The notes beneath the pieces were generated by a model. It saw only the letters and a list, made by a program, of their open reading frames with translations, was not told the origin of the DNA and made no database searches. The translations under genes were made by a program, and so were the position numbers. Below are positions 1-11,306 of a DNA stretch of 64,000 bases, in pieces. This DNA is from Ignisphaera sp. (lineage in GTDB: Archaea; Thermoproteota; Thermoprotei_A; Sulfolobales; Ignisphaeraceae): positions 1 to 64,000 of the forward strand of contig JAWAHS010000006.1 in NCBI GenBank assembly GCA_038889075.1, written 5' to 3'. Position 1 is the first letter of the stretch. Each line of letters begins with the position of its first letter.

Positions 1-226
1 AAGAAACAGCTACCAAACCCTGGTTCGATGCATGTTAGCCGGCATTAAATCTCACTTCCTGCTATTCTTTATCCACTCCTAATACCATGTTCTGTAATTA
101 ATTCTAATCAGCTATTCTTAAGAAGAATCCTACCTCTACATCTCCATGCATCTTGGTCATCCACATCTCGTACAATAGATATTAACCCCTGTAAACCCTG
201 TAAAAACTTAATCGGGTTGTGGCGGT

Positions 227-1078
227 TTGGATAAAAATTTTATAAAATTAATTGATAAATTGATAGACTTAGGAATTAGATTAAGGGTTAGAAATCTGTT
301 AAGTCCGTTGGTAGATGCAATTTATCTATTGTATGAACGATATTTACTCAAACAAATAATTGATAAAAATATGCCTGTGCATATAGCCATAATACCTGAT
401 GGTAATAGAAGGTGGGCACGTGCACACGGATTAGACCCTCTTGAAGGCCATAGATATGGATATGAGAAGATGCGTGATGTTTTGCAATGGATTTACGATT
501 TGGGCATAAAGATTGTCACAGTCTATGCTATGTCGTATGAGAATTGTTTACGTAGACCTGATAATGAAAGGGAGAATCTATTCGATATAATTAGGTATGG
601 CTTTAAGGAACTTATAGATGGCGGTATAGTGCATAAGTATCGCGTTAGAGTTAAGGTTTTCGGGAAATTGGAGCTTGTTAGGGATGATATTGTTAGGTAT
701 GCGGAACTCTTAGAAAGAGAAACAGTTGGATATGATGATAGGTACTTAAATATAGCACTCTGCTATGGTGGGAGACAGGAGATTGTAAATGCTATAAAAA
801 GTATAGTATCAGATGTACTAAGTGGTAAACTCCATATAGATGATATATCAGAGGAGCACGTGAGAAACCATCTCAATACGTCCCATCTAACAAGTTTCTC
901 AGAACCTGACCTAGTTATTAGAACCTCTGGAGAAATGAGAATAAGCAACTTCCTACTATGGCAAATTGCATACAGCGAACTCTATTTTTGTGATGTATTT
1001 TGGCCAGACTTTAGAAAAATAGATCTGTATCGAGCCATACGTGCATATCAAAAAAGGGAACGGAGGTTCGGTAGATAG
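227..1078 (+). CDS. uppS: polyprenyl (undecaprenyl-type) diphosphate synthase, cis-prenyltransferase
   Basis: HIAIIPDGNRRWA, RTSGEMRISNFLLWQ and RERRFG motifs. Confidence 0.95.
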   Translation: MDKNFIKLIDKLIDLGIRLRVRNLLSPLVDAIYLLYERYLLKQIIDKNMPVHIAIIPDGNRRWARAHGLDPLEGHRYGYEKMRDVLQWIYDLGIKIVTVYAMSYENCLRRPDNERENLFDIIRYGFKELIDGGIVHKYRVRVKVFGKLELVRDDIVRYAELLERETVGYDDRYLNIALCYGGRQEIVNAIKSIVSDVLSGKLHIDDISEEHVRNHLNTSHLTSFSEPDLVIRTSGEMRISNFLLWQIAYSELYFCDVFWPDFRKIDLYRAIRAYQKRERRFGR

Positions 1079-1091
1079 ATTATATAAGGTT

Positions 1092-2012
1092 CTACTTCTC
1101 AACATCCTTTTCTTCCGTAGTTTCGCCTAAAGCAATATATAGATCGTATAGAGATAGCCTCTCACCTTTATTAAGCTTCTCAAGTGCACTCTTCCTTCTC
1201 TCCTTAAGTACCCTCTCTTTAGCAGATTCCCTAATCTCAATCTGAATCCTTTTAATTTCACTTAGTATCTCAACGTATCGCTGTCTCTTCTCATTTATTA
1301 AATTAGCTATAGATTTCAGTTTCTCCTTTATACTATCACGCCTGTTCTTAATCTCTACAATCTCTTTAATCAAATCAGCAATGGTTTGCTTAATCCTATT
1401 CCTCTCCTCCTTTGCTAAAGCAATGCTGTTTCTACATTCATTTAACTCCCTGCTAACCCTACTCAGTTCCTCCTTTACACTATCTACTGCTCCTCTTATT
1501 TCATCGTATCTCTGAATTAGCTCGGAGTAGCGTTTTTGATTTGTTGTTACAGTTTTGAAGATACGCTCTAGGTTTGCAATTTCATTAACCATTTTCTCCT
1601 CATCCCTTTGGTCAAGATATGGTGTTGTCATAATAGTCCATTCTAACTGTTCAATTCGCTGCTTTATTTCATCTAGGCTCATGTGTATCCTAATAGGTTG
1701 CGATTTCTTGAGCTCAATCGAAACTTCCTTCAATTCATATAAATGACCTCTTAGCGCATTCCTCAGCTTAGCTGATCTCTCCTTAAGCTCGGCTAGTTTC
1801 TGATAAAGTTCATTCAATCTATTCCTAACCTTATTCAACTCCTCCTTAAATTTCTTAACCTCATCACGTTTCCTAGCAAGCTCTTCCCTAATAGTAGTGA
1901 GTTCTTTCCTAAGACTATCTCTTTCAGTAATGAGAAGCTGAAGCTCTTCCCTAATACTCCCCAGCTCCCTTTGGAGAATCTCTATATCCATTCCTCCCCT
2001 AGATTCCTTCAT
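1092..2012 (-). CDS. archaeal coiled-coil protein
   Basis: Long heptad-rich ORF; IEQLEW...EEKMVNEIANLE and C-terminal KLNKGERLS resemble the COG1340-type family. Confidence 0.7.
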   Translation of the reverse strand: MKESRGGMDIEILQRELGSIREELQLLITERDSLRKELTTIREELARKRDEVKKFKEELNKVRNRLNELYQKLAELKERSAKLRNALRGHLYELKEVSIELKKSQPIRIHMSLDEIKQRIEQLEWTIMTTPYLDQRDEEKMVNEIANLERIFKTVTTNQKRYSELIQRYDEIRGAVDSVKEELSRVSRELNECRNSIALAKEERNRIKQTIADLIKEIVEIKNRRDSIKEKLKSIANLINEKRQRYVEILSEIKRIQIEIRESAKERVLKERRKSALEKLNKGERLSLYDLYIALGETTEEKDVEK

Positions 2013-2037
2013 ACTGCAAACCTTTCCTCAATACTCT

Positions 2038-2841
2038 TTAGAGAATCTCACTAGGCTCCTCAGTATAAAAGTCTTCACCACCTATTAATACCCTCTGTAC
2101 CAATGCATATAGTTCATCCAAACCCTGGCCAGTAATAGAAGATGTTGCAACAAATCCACCGATATTGAATCTCGCTATAATATCCTCAAAAGCTGCTATT
2201 ACATCACTATACTGTGTTACGAATACCGCATCCTCACTTTTAATATCCTTGAAAATCTCCATGGGATCCTCAATCCATCGAATTATATCCTCATACCTCT
2301 CTCTAGGCAGTAGATCGGTTTTCGTTATTGTAATGATCTGGGGTAGTTTGTGAGCTATGGATGCCGCTAATGCAAGCATGATGAGAGATAGAAATGTAGA
2401 TGGTTTTACCAGTATAGTCGATTCGACTAGGAAAAGCACTACGGATTTATCATTTAAAGCTAAGGATGACATTATTGTTGGCCCAGCCGATCTAAAAGCG
2501 AAGAGCTCCATTTGCCCAGGGGTATCCACAACAACATAGTTTGCCTTTAGTTCATCAATTTCGTTTCTAAGATTTTCGATAAAATTAATTGATAGATCAA
2601 TAGTTGCTACTAGTGCTCCATTAGGACCTAGATTGTATTTTCTCATTACCTCCTCTACAGTTATGTAGTCCCGTATATCTACATCGGGTGTATATGGAAG
2701 CCATGTTACAGCTGGATCGAGATTCACTATAGCTATATCCATTCCATGCTCTATTAACCAGTTCGTAAATGAATATGTTAAGTAGCTTTTTCCAGAACCT
2801 GCAGGTCCTAATATAAATATGAAATACACTCTATGATACAC
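2038..2841 (-). CDS. GPN-loop GTPase
   Basis: GPAGSGKS, NLDP, LGPNGA, DTPGQME and TKTD motifs. Confidence 0.92.
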   Translation of the reverse strand: MYHRVYFIFILGPAGSGKSYLTYSFTNWLIEHGMDIAIVNLDPAVTWLPYTPDVDIRDYITVEEVMRKYNLGPNGALVATIDLSINFIENLRNEIDELKANYVVVDTPGQMELFAFRSAGPTIMSSLALNDKSVVLFLVESTILVKPSTFLSLIMLALAASIAHKLPQIITITKTDLLPRERYEDIIRWIEDPMEIFKDIKSEDAVFVTQYSDVIAAFEDIIARFNIGGFVATSSITGQGLDELYALVQRVLIGGEDFYTEEPSEIL

Positions 2842-3678
2842 CTATGCTAGTGGTATATCTAGTGGAAGCTTAACAGGCTTCTTAATTTTAGTGTTAACAA
2901 GTTTATATTTGCAAACTCTACACCTTCCCAGCTCATCCACATTAACCCTGTATACTATACCGCTTCGTCTAACAACTACTATATTCCTACATCCTGGACA
3001 CAGCGTTGAAGCAAGCTCAACCATATCTGCTACTGGTGCTTGTACCAGTGGATGCTCCTTCCTAATCCTATTGATCTTATCAACATCTAGGGAGCTATAT
3101 TCACCACTAGAAAAAACTACATTTATGGGAATATTATTACCTCGTACAATACTAGCTACCTCTATAAGTAACCCATTTAAATCTCTGTTACACTCAGCAA
3201 CAACCACGATCTCAATATGTTTAGATTTAATGAGTGAATTGCATAGCATTTGTGACAGTAGTGAAACCTGTATATCGACATCCCTACTCGATACAACTTC
3301 AAACACCACTACATCGATGGAATCGATGAACGTTTCGAAACCACTAAAATCCTTAGCAATAAGTGGGTTCACCTTTATACCAACTGTTGCCGTAGTCTCA
3401 TCCTTAATCTTTCTTACCATATCGTGCTTAACATACATGTATGGTTCTGCACCATGAAGAAAAATAACATCGGTTTTGTAACGATTAGCTAAATCAATTA
3501 CATTTTGAACATCGAAATGTAGCAACCTGGCGCTTCTTCTATTGATATTTGACTCCCATGGACATCTATCACAGTTAATCGGGCATTCAATAAAATTCAG
3601 AAGCATAGCTAAACTACCTATACAATACAGTGATAGAGGTATTCTCTCTACATTTACCAGCCTGATTGATGATAACAT
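2842..3678 (-). CDS. divergent radical SAM protein (PFL-activase/AmmeMemoRadiSam-like)
   Basis: CPINCDRC (CxxxCxxC), GAEP and C-terminal TLCPGC...CRVC. Confidence 0.65.
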   Translation of the reverse strand: MLSSIRLVNVERIPLSLYCIGSLAMLLNFIECPINCDRCPWESNINRRSARLLHFDVQNVIDLANRYKTDVIFLHGAEPYMYVKHDMVRKIKDETTATVGIKVNPLIAKDFSGFETFIDSIDVVVFEVVSSRDVDIQVSLLSQMLCNSLIKSKHIEIVVVAECNRDLNGLLIEVASIVRGNNIPINVVFSSGEYSSLDVDKINRIRKEHPLVQAPVADMVELASTLCPGCRNIVVVRRSGIVYRVNVDELGRCRVCKYKLVNTKIKKPVKLPLDIPLA

Positions 3679-3748
3679 TTAAAACCCCATATCCGTTTTA
3701 CTAAACTAGTCAGCTATGTATATCTAGCATTATCTATAGTGATACACT

Positions 3749-4642
3749 ATGATGTTTTTATATCTTTCAGGGACACCGCCATCATTAGCCAAAGGTTTTG
3801 AAGAGAAGTGTGGTTGGAGAATGGTTAAACCTATTGGTAAGGTGTTTCCAGATGGTGAACAGTATCTTAGATTATCTGAGGCTGTAGCAAATGATTTAGC
3901 TGTCATTCAGTCGCTATACCCAGAACAGGATAGGAAAATCATTGAATTGTATTTGGCGTTAGAGGCTATTAATGGTAGTGAATCCAGAGTTAAATTCCTA
4001 ATACTACCATATATCGCTTATGCGAGACAGGATAAGAGATTTTTACGGGGAGAGCCTATTAGTACCAGGGCCATATATCAAAATCTAAAACTATTTGGAG
4101 TTGATACGATTGTTACAATTGACATACATTCTATACAATCACTGATATCGTTAGGGTTTAAGGTGTACAATATTTTACCTCATGCATATATGCTTAGTAG
4201 TATTAATGAAAAGATAGACCTTGTGCTAGCACCCGATAGAGGTGCTCTCTCAAGAGCTATGGAAGTTGCAAAGACCTTCAACATACCATATGACTATATG
4301 GATAAGTTTAGAGATAGGGTAACAGGTGAGATAAGAATAGATCGAAAGGAACTTAACGTAGCTGGAATGTCGGTAGCCATAGTTGATGATATTATAAGCA
4401 CTGGAGGAACGATGGCCAAGGCTACCCAAGCGCTATATAATGCAGGTGCTAATAGAGTTATAGCTGTCGTATCTCATTTCCTAATGCTACCTACAGCTAT
4501 AGATGTTCTATCATCTACAAACATTAGTAAACTAGTTACGGCAAACACTATACTGATGCCTACCGATCTTCCTAAATGGATTCACGTAATAGATGTAAGC
4601 AGTCTTATATGCAATGAAATTAGTGGATGGGTTAGCCATTAG
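3749..4642 (+). CDS. prs: ribose-phosphate pyrophosphokinase
   Basis: FPDGE, PYIAYARQDK, LAPDRGA and VDDIISTGGT. Confidence 0.93.
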   Translation: MMFLYLSGTPPSLAKGFEEKCGWRMVKPIGKVFPDGEQYLRLSEAVANDLAVIQSLYPEQDRKIIELYLALEAINGSESRVKFLILPYIAYARQDKRFLRGEPISTRAIYQNLKLFGVDTIVTIDIHSIQSLISLGFKVYNILPHAYMLSSINEKIDLVLAPDRGALSRAMEVAKTFNIPYDYMDKFRDRVTGEIRIDRKELNVAGMSVAIVDDIISTGGTMAKATQALYNAGANRVIAVVSHFLMLPTAIDVLSSTNISKLVTANTILMPTDLPKWIHVIDVSSLICNEISGWVSH

Positions 4643-4644
4643 AA

Positions 4645-5658
4645 ATGTACATAGCTAGACTCTCTAATGAGCTACTATCATTGGCAGTCTCAGAATTCTT
4701 TTCTATAGCAGTATCTGAGGGCTTTAGCTATAGGGTGCATAAGAAGATCGATGAATTCGTATTCTTTGAATCTGGTGAAGAGCTCGTTAAACTACTAACT
4801 ACACGCTCAGCTCTATTAATTGAGATTGGTAAAGTAGTAGATGTTTTAGCAGAGGATGACAATATATATGAGGCCGTAAGAACCTACATCAATAATACTG
4901 GAGATGCCTTTAGCTGTGTAGATGTCGACTCTATCAGAGGATTTGGACGTGAAATAGCACATAGTCTTCAAAAGACTGTTTCTGCAATGGGAGTTAGATG
5001 GGGAGAATGTAGGAGGAGAATTAAGATAGCTTTACTAGCTGGTCTAGCAATAATATATGAGGTGCTGTATAGAAGGAGAAGGGTTAAATTCTACAGCCGC
5101 GAACCCCATCATAGGCCATGCTATAGACCTGGTACCATGAAGCCTGTTTTAGCGAGGGTACTGGTCAATATTGCTAGAGTCAGTAGCAGGAGGAGGGACC
5201 ATTTACTAGATCCGTTCTGTGGTGTAGGAGGTATTGCAATAGAAGCATGTGATATGGGTCTCCAAGTCACATGCACAGATATCGATAGAAAGATGATAAA
5301 TGGTGCTAAAATTAATGGTGTATCATATGGATGTGAAAGTTTGGTAGAATTCATAGAGGCAGATTCTCTATACAATATATTCAGAGGTAGATTCTTCAAT
5401 GCTATTGTTACTGATCCACCCTATGGAATCCAGACGGTTCCCCGTTCACAAAATCTATCAAATTTAATTGAAAGATTTATATACAATTCTTACGAAATTC
5501 TTAAAGAAGATGGTCATATGGTATTTGCCATACCCATACACCTTGAAGATTACGTCGACAGAACACTATACACATTAAATCTCGGTATTTTAGAGAAGCA
5601 TTTAAATAGGGTTCACGGCTCGCTTACAAGAGTAGTATATGTTGTAAAAGTGAATTAG
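4645..5658 (+). CDS. tRNA m2G10 methyltransferase (Trm11/TrmG10 family)
   Basis: RPCYRPGTMKPVLAR, LDPFCGVGG and TDPPYG. Confidence 0.82.
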   Translation: MYIARLSNELLSLAVSEFFSIAVSEGFSYRVHKKIDEFVFFESGEELVKLLTTRSALLIEIGKVVDVLAEDDNIYEAVRTYINNTGDAFSCVDVDSIRGFGREIAHSLQKTVSAMGVRWGECRRRIKIALLAGLAIIYEVLYRRRRVKFYSREPHHRPCYRPGTMKPVLARVLVNIARVSSRRRDHLLDPFCGVGGIAIEACDMGLQVTCTDIDRKMINGAKINGVSYGCESLVEFIEADSLYNIFRGRFFNAIVTDPPYGIQTVPRSQNLSNLIERFIYNSYEILKEDGHMVFAIPIHLEDYVDRTLYTLNLGILEKHLNRVHGSLTRVVYVVKVN

Positions 5659-6537
5659 ATGAAGCCCCAAATAGTTTTTATTGGTACATCGGCTTCCACG
5701 CCTACACATACAAGGTTTTCACCAGCTATACTACTTTGTAGCTTTAAGACATGTATACTTCTAGATGTAGGTGAAGCTACACAAATAAATTTAGGGAGAA
5801 TGGGTATAGATCCGCTGAAGATAAGCATCATAGGCATAACACATATGCATGGAGATCACTACTATGGTTTATTACCTATTATGGATACTATTATAATGAG
5901 GCTTTCTTCCCAGAATAAGCAGGGGCAACATATAGTTAGATTACTAGGTCCTGAGGAATTGTGTTCAATGTATTTTAAACAGCCCCCCATATATGGCGAA
6001 GCAGTGAATAGCCACAGTAACTCAGACAAGAATCTCGTTGAAATTGAGTGTATTGATGCTGAAACTCTCTCTAGTGGTAAGAATTACATTCAGACAGACG
6101 GTGGTGATATTGCCATTACATCAGTGAACATGAACCACGGTAACATTAGAGCATACGGCTATGTTATTAAGGTGAGAACTGGTGAAGGAACGAATAACTT
6201 TGTAACAGTATTTTATTCTGGAGATGGTATCTGCAGTGATCAGTGTCCTAATACACTAAAGAGATTAGGTCCATGTATAGTGATTCACGAGGCTACATTC
6301 ATAGACTATGAAAATGATAGAGCTAAAGCTCGCAAGAGTTTTCATGCTACAATAAGTGATGCAGCATATATAGCCGAGTATATAGAAGCTAGGATGCTCA
6401 TTGTTACCCATATAAGTTTAAGGTATAGAGCTGATTGGATTAGAGATTATGTCTCTCGAGCTCAAAGGATATTCAATGGCGATATTTTTATCGCTGATGA
6501 CCTATCAGTACTTCCACTAGATAAAGTTAGCTGCTAA
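5659..6537 (+). CDS. rnz: ribonuclease Z
   Basis: GTSAS.P, THMHGDH, YSGD, IHEATF and THIS motifs. Confidence 0.85.
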   Translation: MKPQIVFIGTSASTPTHTRFSPAILLCSFKTCILLDVGEATQINLGRMGIDPLKISIIGITHMHGDHYYGLLPIMDTIIMRLSSQNKQGQHIVRLLGPEELCSMYFKQPPIYGEAVNSHSNSDKNLVEIECIDAETLSSGKNYIQTDGGDIAITSVNMNHGNIRAYGYVIKVRTGEGTNNFVTVFYSGDGICSDQCPNTLKRLGPCIVIHEATFIDYENDRAKARKSFHATISDAAYIAEYIEARMLIVTHISLRYRADWIRDYVSRAQRIFNGDIFIADDLSVLPLDKVSC

Positions 6538-6974
6538 GCATCCTTTGGAGGTTCCGTTTCCCATAGTGGTCTGCCGTGTGATGTCTTCGGCGCCAGCCAA
6601 TCGATTATGGCATTTATATTGCTACTTGTGATCATTACAGTTACGGCTCCTAGCGGACTTTCATTATCATTTTCAACAAAATTTATTATACCTTGAAATG
6701 CTGCTTGCTTATTCAGCTTGAATTCTGTTGTAGTGCTCCTTAAATTTCTCAACATTACGCTTCTTGCAGTATCTAGTATCCTCTGCCTCCTTAGAATGTC
6801 GTGAAGCTTTTTTAAGATGTCTAGACTACTTTCTTCGCATATAACTATCCTTCTCTCCCTACCTACATCTTCCACCTTAACATTTTTTATGTATAGTATA
6901 TTTTTTAAAGCCCTTAGCACCTTATCCAAATCCTCAGTAGGTCTAACCTCAGCTTCAACCCTTATGTACACCAA
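6534..6974 (-). CDS. UPF0201 family RNA-binding protein
   Basis: VRPTEDLDKV, QRILDTAR, LNKQAA, ESPLG and WLAPKT. Confidence 0.85.
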   Translation of the reverse strand: MVYIRVEAEVRPTEDLDKVLRALKNILYIKNVKVEDVGRERRIVICEESSLDILKKLHDILRRQRILDTARSVMLRNLRSTTTEFKLNKQAAFQGIINFVENDNESPLGAVTVMITSSNINAIIDWLAPKTSHGRPLWETEPPKDA

Positions 6975-7537
6975 TCTAAATACACCCTAGAGAGTGTGTT
7001 CCTTACATCACTTATAAACTCCTCATATGTGCTGTTATTGACTATAACTATATCTGCCAATGCTATGATATTTCCCAAACCCCATGAGAGTTCCTCTAGA
7101 TCTCTCCTTCTAAACTCATCCCATGTCTTGGGATCGCCTGGCCTTCCTCTAGCAATAAGTCTTTGGAACCTTGTCTTGGGTGAGGCATGTACTGCTAATA
7201 TCATGACCTCTACATCGATTTCCCCTTTAAGGTATTCTAATTCGTCGAGGCTTCTAACACCATCTATTACAACAATGCAATGTGTGGCAAGGGCCTCTTT
7301 TATTTTTGGAATTGCCAACTTCATTATAGCATCGTTTCCGAGGTTTTCCCTAAGCTGTTTAGCTACCTTTAATAGATTTTCCAAGTTTTGTTCCAGACCC
7401 CTTCTCATTACCTCCTCCCTTACTATGTCACCCAAGTTTACAACTTCTATATTTAACTCACCAGCAACCATGGATAGCGTTGATTTTCCAGAACCAGGCA
7501 TACCAGCTACCACGATAACTAATTTTCCGCCATCCAT
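6962..7537 (-). CDS. UPF0200 P-loop nucleotide kinase (dephospho-CoA kinase-like)
   Basis: GMPGSGKS, GDIVRE, IDGVRS and RRD.EEL.WG; typical partner of UPF0201. Confidence 0.8.
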   Translation of the reverse strand: MDGGKLVIVVAGMPGSGKSTLSMVAGELNIEVVNLGDIVREEVMRRGLEQNLENLLKVAKQLRENLGNDAIMKLAIPKIKEALATHCIVVIDGVRSLDELEYLKGEIDVEVMILAVHASPKTRFQRLIARGRPGDPKTWDEFRRRDLEELSWGLGNIIALADIVIVNNSTYEEFISDVRNTLSRVYLDWCT

Positions 7538-7628
7538 TGTCCGTAACCTAAAAATAGATTAGGTATACACTTCTAAAATACTTATAATTATCAATAAATA
7601 TACCTCAGCAGTAGTTAGGTGTATAGCT

Positions 7629-8876
7629 ATGGAATTCAAAGTTAGAGATACAACCCTAGCTGAAAGGGGATACATACAGATAGAGTGGGCTAGTAAACAC
7701 ATGCCCGTTGTTAACTTAATTGGTGATGAATTTGAAAGGTATAAACCTCTTAGTGGTATAAGAATCGCTGCTGTATTGCATGTAACTAAAGAGACAGCTG
7801 TACTTATAAAGACGTTAATGCGTGGTGGTGCAGAAGTATGGCTAGCTGCAAGTAATCCCATGTCAACACAGGATGATGTAGCTGCAGCACTAGCTTTAGA
7901 TGGTGTACATGTATTTGCATGGAGAGGTGAGACCCAAGAGGAGTACTTTTGGGCTATTAATAAGGTTGTAGAATGTGAACCGCATGTTGTTATAGACGAT
8001 GGAGGTGATCTGCATGTCCATCTAAATGTACAGAGAGCAGATATTGCTGCAAAGGTGTATGGAGGTACTGAAGAGACTACGACTGGCGTCTTAAGGTTAA
8101 AAGCTATGGAGAGAGACGGTGTTCTAAAGTATCCAGTTATAGCTGTAAATAATGCATTAACAAAATACCTATTTGATAATAGGTATGGAACTGGACAGAG
8201 CACTGTAGACGGTGTTCTACGAGCTACGAATATGCTGTTAGCTGGAAAGAATATTGTAGTTGCAGGTTACGGTTGGGTTGGTAGAGGAATTGCATGGAGA
8301 ATTAGAGGAATGGGTGCTCGTGTAATCATCACAGAGGTGAATCCCATTAGAGCTCTTGAAGCTATTATGGATGGTTTTGAGGTTATGAAAATGGATAAAG
8401 CTGCTGAAATAGGCGATGTATTTATAACAGCTACAGGTAACATCAATGTTATAACAAAGAGCCACTATCTAAGGATGAAAGACGGTGCTGTGTTAGCCAA
8501 TGCTGGACACTTCGATGTTGAAGTTAGTGTAAGGGATCTGGAAGATATAGCAATATCTAAACGAGAGTTGAGAGAGTGTATAACAGAATACACACTACCA
8601 AATAACAAAAGATTGTACCTGCTTGGAAAGGGACGTCTAGTTAACTTAGTATGTGCTGAGGGCCATCCAAGCGAAGTTATGGATATGAGCTTTGCAAATC
8701 AGGCATTATCAGTCAGATATATTGTAGAAAAATATGGTAGTTTAAATAAAAAGGTATACGATGTGCCTAGGGAGCTAGATATGGAGGTAGCAGAATTAAA
8801 GCTTAGGACCATGGGCATTGAAATAGATAGACTTACAGAAAGCCAGAGAAAATACATTGAAAGCTGGACCCTATGA
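7629..8876 (+). CDS. ahcY: adenosylhomocysteinase
   Basis: [29 protein letters not shown] and [11 protein letters not shown]. Confidence 0.97.
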   Translation: MEFKVRDTTLAERGYIQIEWASKHMPVVNLIGDEFERYKPLSGIRIAAVLHVTKETAVLIKTLMRGGAEVWLAASNPMSTQDDVAAALALDGVHVFAWRGETQEEYFWAINKVVECEPHVVIDDGGDLHVHLNVQRADIAAKVYGGTEETTTGVLRLKAMERDGVLKYPVIAVNNALTKYLFDNRYGTGQSTVDGVLRATNMLLAGKNIVVAGYGWVGRGIAWRIRGMGARVIITEVNPIRALEAIMDGFEVMKMDKAAEIGDVFITATGNINVITKSHYLRMKDGAVLANAGHFDVEVSVRDLEDIAISKRELRECITEYTLPNNKRLYLLGKGRLVNLVCAEGHPSEVMDMSFANQALSVRYIVEKYGSLNKKVYDVPRELDMEVAELKLRTMGIEIDRLTESQRKYIESWTL

Positions 8877-8938
8877 CGACTCTAGTATTTGAAGGAAAAC
8901 TATGGTAGTTGGCTTAAGTGCTATTAGACCAATACATG

Positions 8939-9583
8939 CTAAACGCTATAACCACTAATTTGATCATAGTTTAGCGTCTTTCTGCTCATTACAATCCTAC
9001 CAAGAAGTGATGCCAGCCTATCTGCTACCTTGAGAGGATATGGTTCTATAAATACTCTTCTAACCTTCTCTATATGCTCTATAACTGCTGCCATTGAAAG
9101 TCCTAGAACATATACTCTTATTTTTGTATCATCCACTTTTACTTCAAGACTGTTTCTATATGTATAGTCTATAATGCTGTATCTATATGTATAGTCGATA
9201 AAGTGTTCCTTAAGTGCTTTGAATATTTTCATTACATCTAATTGATGTCTAAATATTACAGCCAGCGGTATGTTAAATATATTATAGATCCTTCTCGGAT
9301 CTATAATATTGAAACCTGCATATGTAACACCATCTAGAAACGCTACCTGTATTGGATATAGAGTAGATGCTTTAGCAATTACTCTACTTGCTGATGAAGT
9401 AGCATCGAGACCATCTATGGATATCCTATCTATGAACATGTCCGCGAACCTCCGTCCACACATTACAATACCGACTAGAACCGTTTTACTGCTTCTATTC
9501 ATCCTCTTGAGATTGATGTCGAAGTAACCATCATCTATCCCTAGATAACAGGGACTCGATGTAGCTATCTCCACGTATTGCAT
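8939..9583 (-). CDS. DUF99 / endonuclease V-like protein
   Basis: LGIDDG, DGLDAT, LDGVTYAGFNIID and PYPLKVAD. Confidence 0.8.
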   Translation of the reverse strand: MQYVEIATSSPCYLGIDDGYFDINLKRMNRSSKTVLVGIVMCGRRFADMFIDRISIDGLDATSSASRVIAKASTLYPIQVAFLDGVTYAGFNIIDPRRIYNIFNIPLAVIFRHQLDVMKIFKALKEHFIDYTYRYSIIDYTYRNSLEVKVDDTKIRVYVLGLSMAAVIEHIEKVRRVFIEPYPLKVADRLASLLGRIVMSRKTLNYDQISGYSV

Positions 9584-10751
9584 TTAATATCACATCATCT
9601 GGTACTGCAAGAGAGATCATTCTGGTCTTACCATATCTTCCACGACTTATTAACCTAGCTGTTATTATTCCAACCATATCAAGTTCGCTGATTATATCAC
9701 TAACTCTTCTCTGCGTCACACTTTCAATTCCTAATTTTGTGCACAGAGTTTTATAATGAATGTATACTTCGCCTGTCGTTGTTTTTACACTATTTCGTGT
9801 AAGATTATAGATTGCCAGTAGGACTAATTTACTATGGAGAGGCATTGTTGATATTAGTTCACCAACTCTATCCCTCTCTATCTCCTTTAGTGCTCCATAG
9901 ACGTGATTAACGGAAATCGTTTCTGCCCCCTCCCTCTCTGCAATTTCTCCTGCAACCCTTAAAAGGTCGAGAGCTCTTCTTGCATCACCATGCTCACGCG
10001 CTGCCAAACTCGCACATAAGCTTATCACTGCATCGTTTATAGCTTTTGGATTAAATGCTATCTTAGCCCTCCTCTTAAGTATATCCTCAAGTTGTATAGC
10101 ATTATATGGTGGAAACACTATTTCTATTTCACCGAGGCTGCTTCTTACACGTGGATCTAAATCTTCAATTAGCTTTAAATCATTTGTTATACCAATTATC
10201 GATATTCTCGAATGTGTAAGTTCATCACTACTTCTAGAGAGCCTATATAGAAGTTCGTCACCCTGCTTCTTAATGAGGAAATCTATTTCATCTAGTACAG
10301 TAACCATTATGGAATTTCTAGAATCTAGAACTTTAAGAAACCTTCTATATGCCTCAGCTGTTGATATACCGGTAAATGGTAGCTTTAATCCTATACATTC
10401 ACCCAGTCTTATTATAACACGATATGTAGTATCCTCCTGCCTGGTATTTATATAACATGGCACTATATCAGAGCCCACCTCAATAGCCTTACTATAGAGC
10501 CTCTTTAACACATACTTGGTCACAGCAGTCTTACCTGTACCCGTTAACCCATATATGAATATATTATTAGGCTTTGAACCTTTTAACGCAGGTGCTAAAA
10601 TAGATCCAAGCTTAGAGACTTGCTCCTCCCTATGGGGCAGCTCATCAGGTATATATTCAGGTCTCAGAACATCCCTATTAATAAATATCATAGATTTCAA
10701 TGCACTATTAAATACTTCCTCTAACTCATCTCCATATGCTAACATTTCCAA
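9531..10751 (-). CDS. cdc6: Orc1/Cdc6 replication initiator (Orc1-1 type)
   Basis: LPHRE, GLTGTGKT, LDEID, GDARRALDLL and the winged-helix wing RGRYGKTR. Confidence 0.96.
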   Translation of the reverse strand: MEMLAYGDELEEVFNSALKSMIFINRDVLRPEYIPDELPHREEQVSKLGSILAPALKGSKPNNIFIYGLTGTGKTAVTKYVLKRLYSKAIEVGSDIVPCYINTRQEDTTYRVIIRLGECIGLKLPFTGISTAEAYRRFLKVLDSRNSIMVTVLDEIDFLIKKQGDELLYRLSRSSDELTHSRISIIGITNDLKLIEDLDPRVRSSLGEIEIVFPPYNAIQLEDILKRRAKIAFNPKAINDAVISLCASLAAREHGDARRALDLLRVAGEIAEREGAETISVNHVYGALKEIERDRVGELISTMPLHSKLVLLAIYNLTRNSVKTTTGEVYIHYKTLCTKLGIESVTQRRVSDIISELDMVGIITARLISRGRYGKTRMISLAVPDDVILNAIRGDSYIESLLSRDR

Positions 10752-10852
10752 ACTCCCCTAGAAAACTAGTGTATGAGCTGAATGATTTAATTTGTGAATA
10801 ATATAAAAAAGTTGAAAACGCTTAAAACCCTGGCTAAATTAAGAGTATTTCA

Positions 10853-10929
<77 letters not shown>

Positions 10930-11242
10930 ACACAAAACAAACAACAGTACTCCACTATAGTAAATTTTTGGAGGCTCTAATTATTTGATGTACCTTTAGC
11001 AATTCCACTCTATAAAAGGACTGACTATTTCGAAAATTCGAAAACGAAATATTATTCTACATATACCGAATGTAGCAACCCCATAATTCATAACAGAGGA
11101 TTCTATCCTTTAGAATAGAAAGAGAATCTGCTGATACTATTAGTAGGAGCTGGCTCACCCAATAGATATCTACAACGGCTACCAACTAAATCTGGTATTA
11201 AGCTGAGAAACACTTATAAAACGCTCCAGAGCATATCAGTTT

Positions 11243-11306
11243 GGCTACCAGACACCTCGGGAGCCGAGGAGAATGAAGGGGGGAGCCGAGGGGGTCGAAC
11301 ACCCTT
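11243..11306 (+). ncRNA. candidate small structured RNA
   Basis: GC-rich island about 25 nt after a BRE/TATA-like gagaaacacttataaa; duplicated gggagccgagg; ends ACA-ccc-ttt. Confidence 0.35.

Noticed and set aside
6996-8203. Long antisense ORFs (6996-7562, 7559-8203; likewise 2891-3457, 42885-43409, 48973-49590)
   Set aside because: Shadow frames of well-supported genes, with no motifs.
8873-8930. atgacga at the ahcY stop as a C box
   Set aside because: No terminal ctga at a suitable distance.
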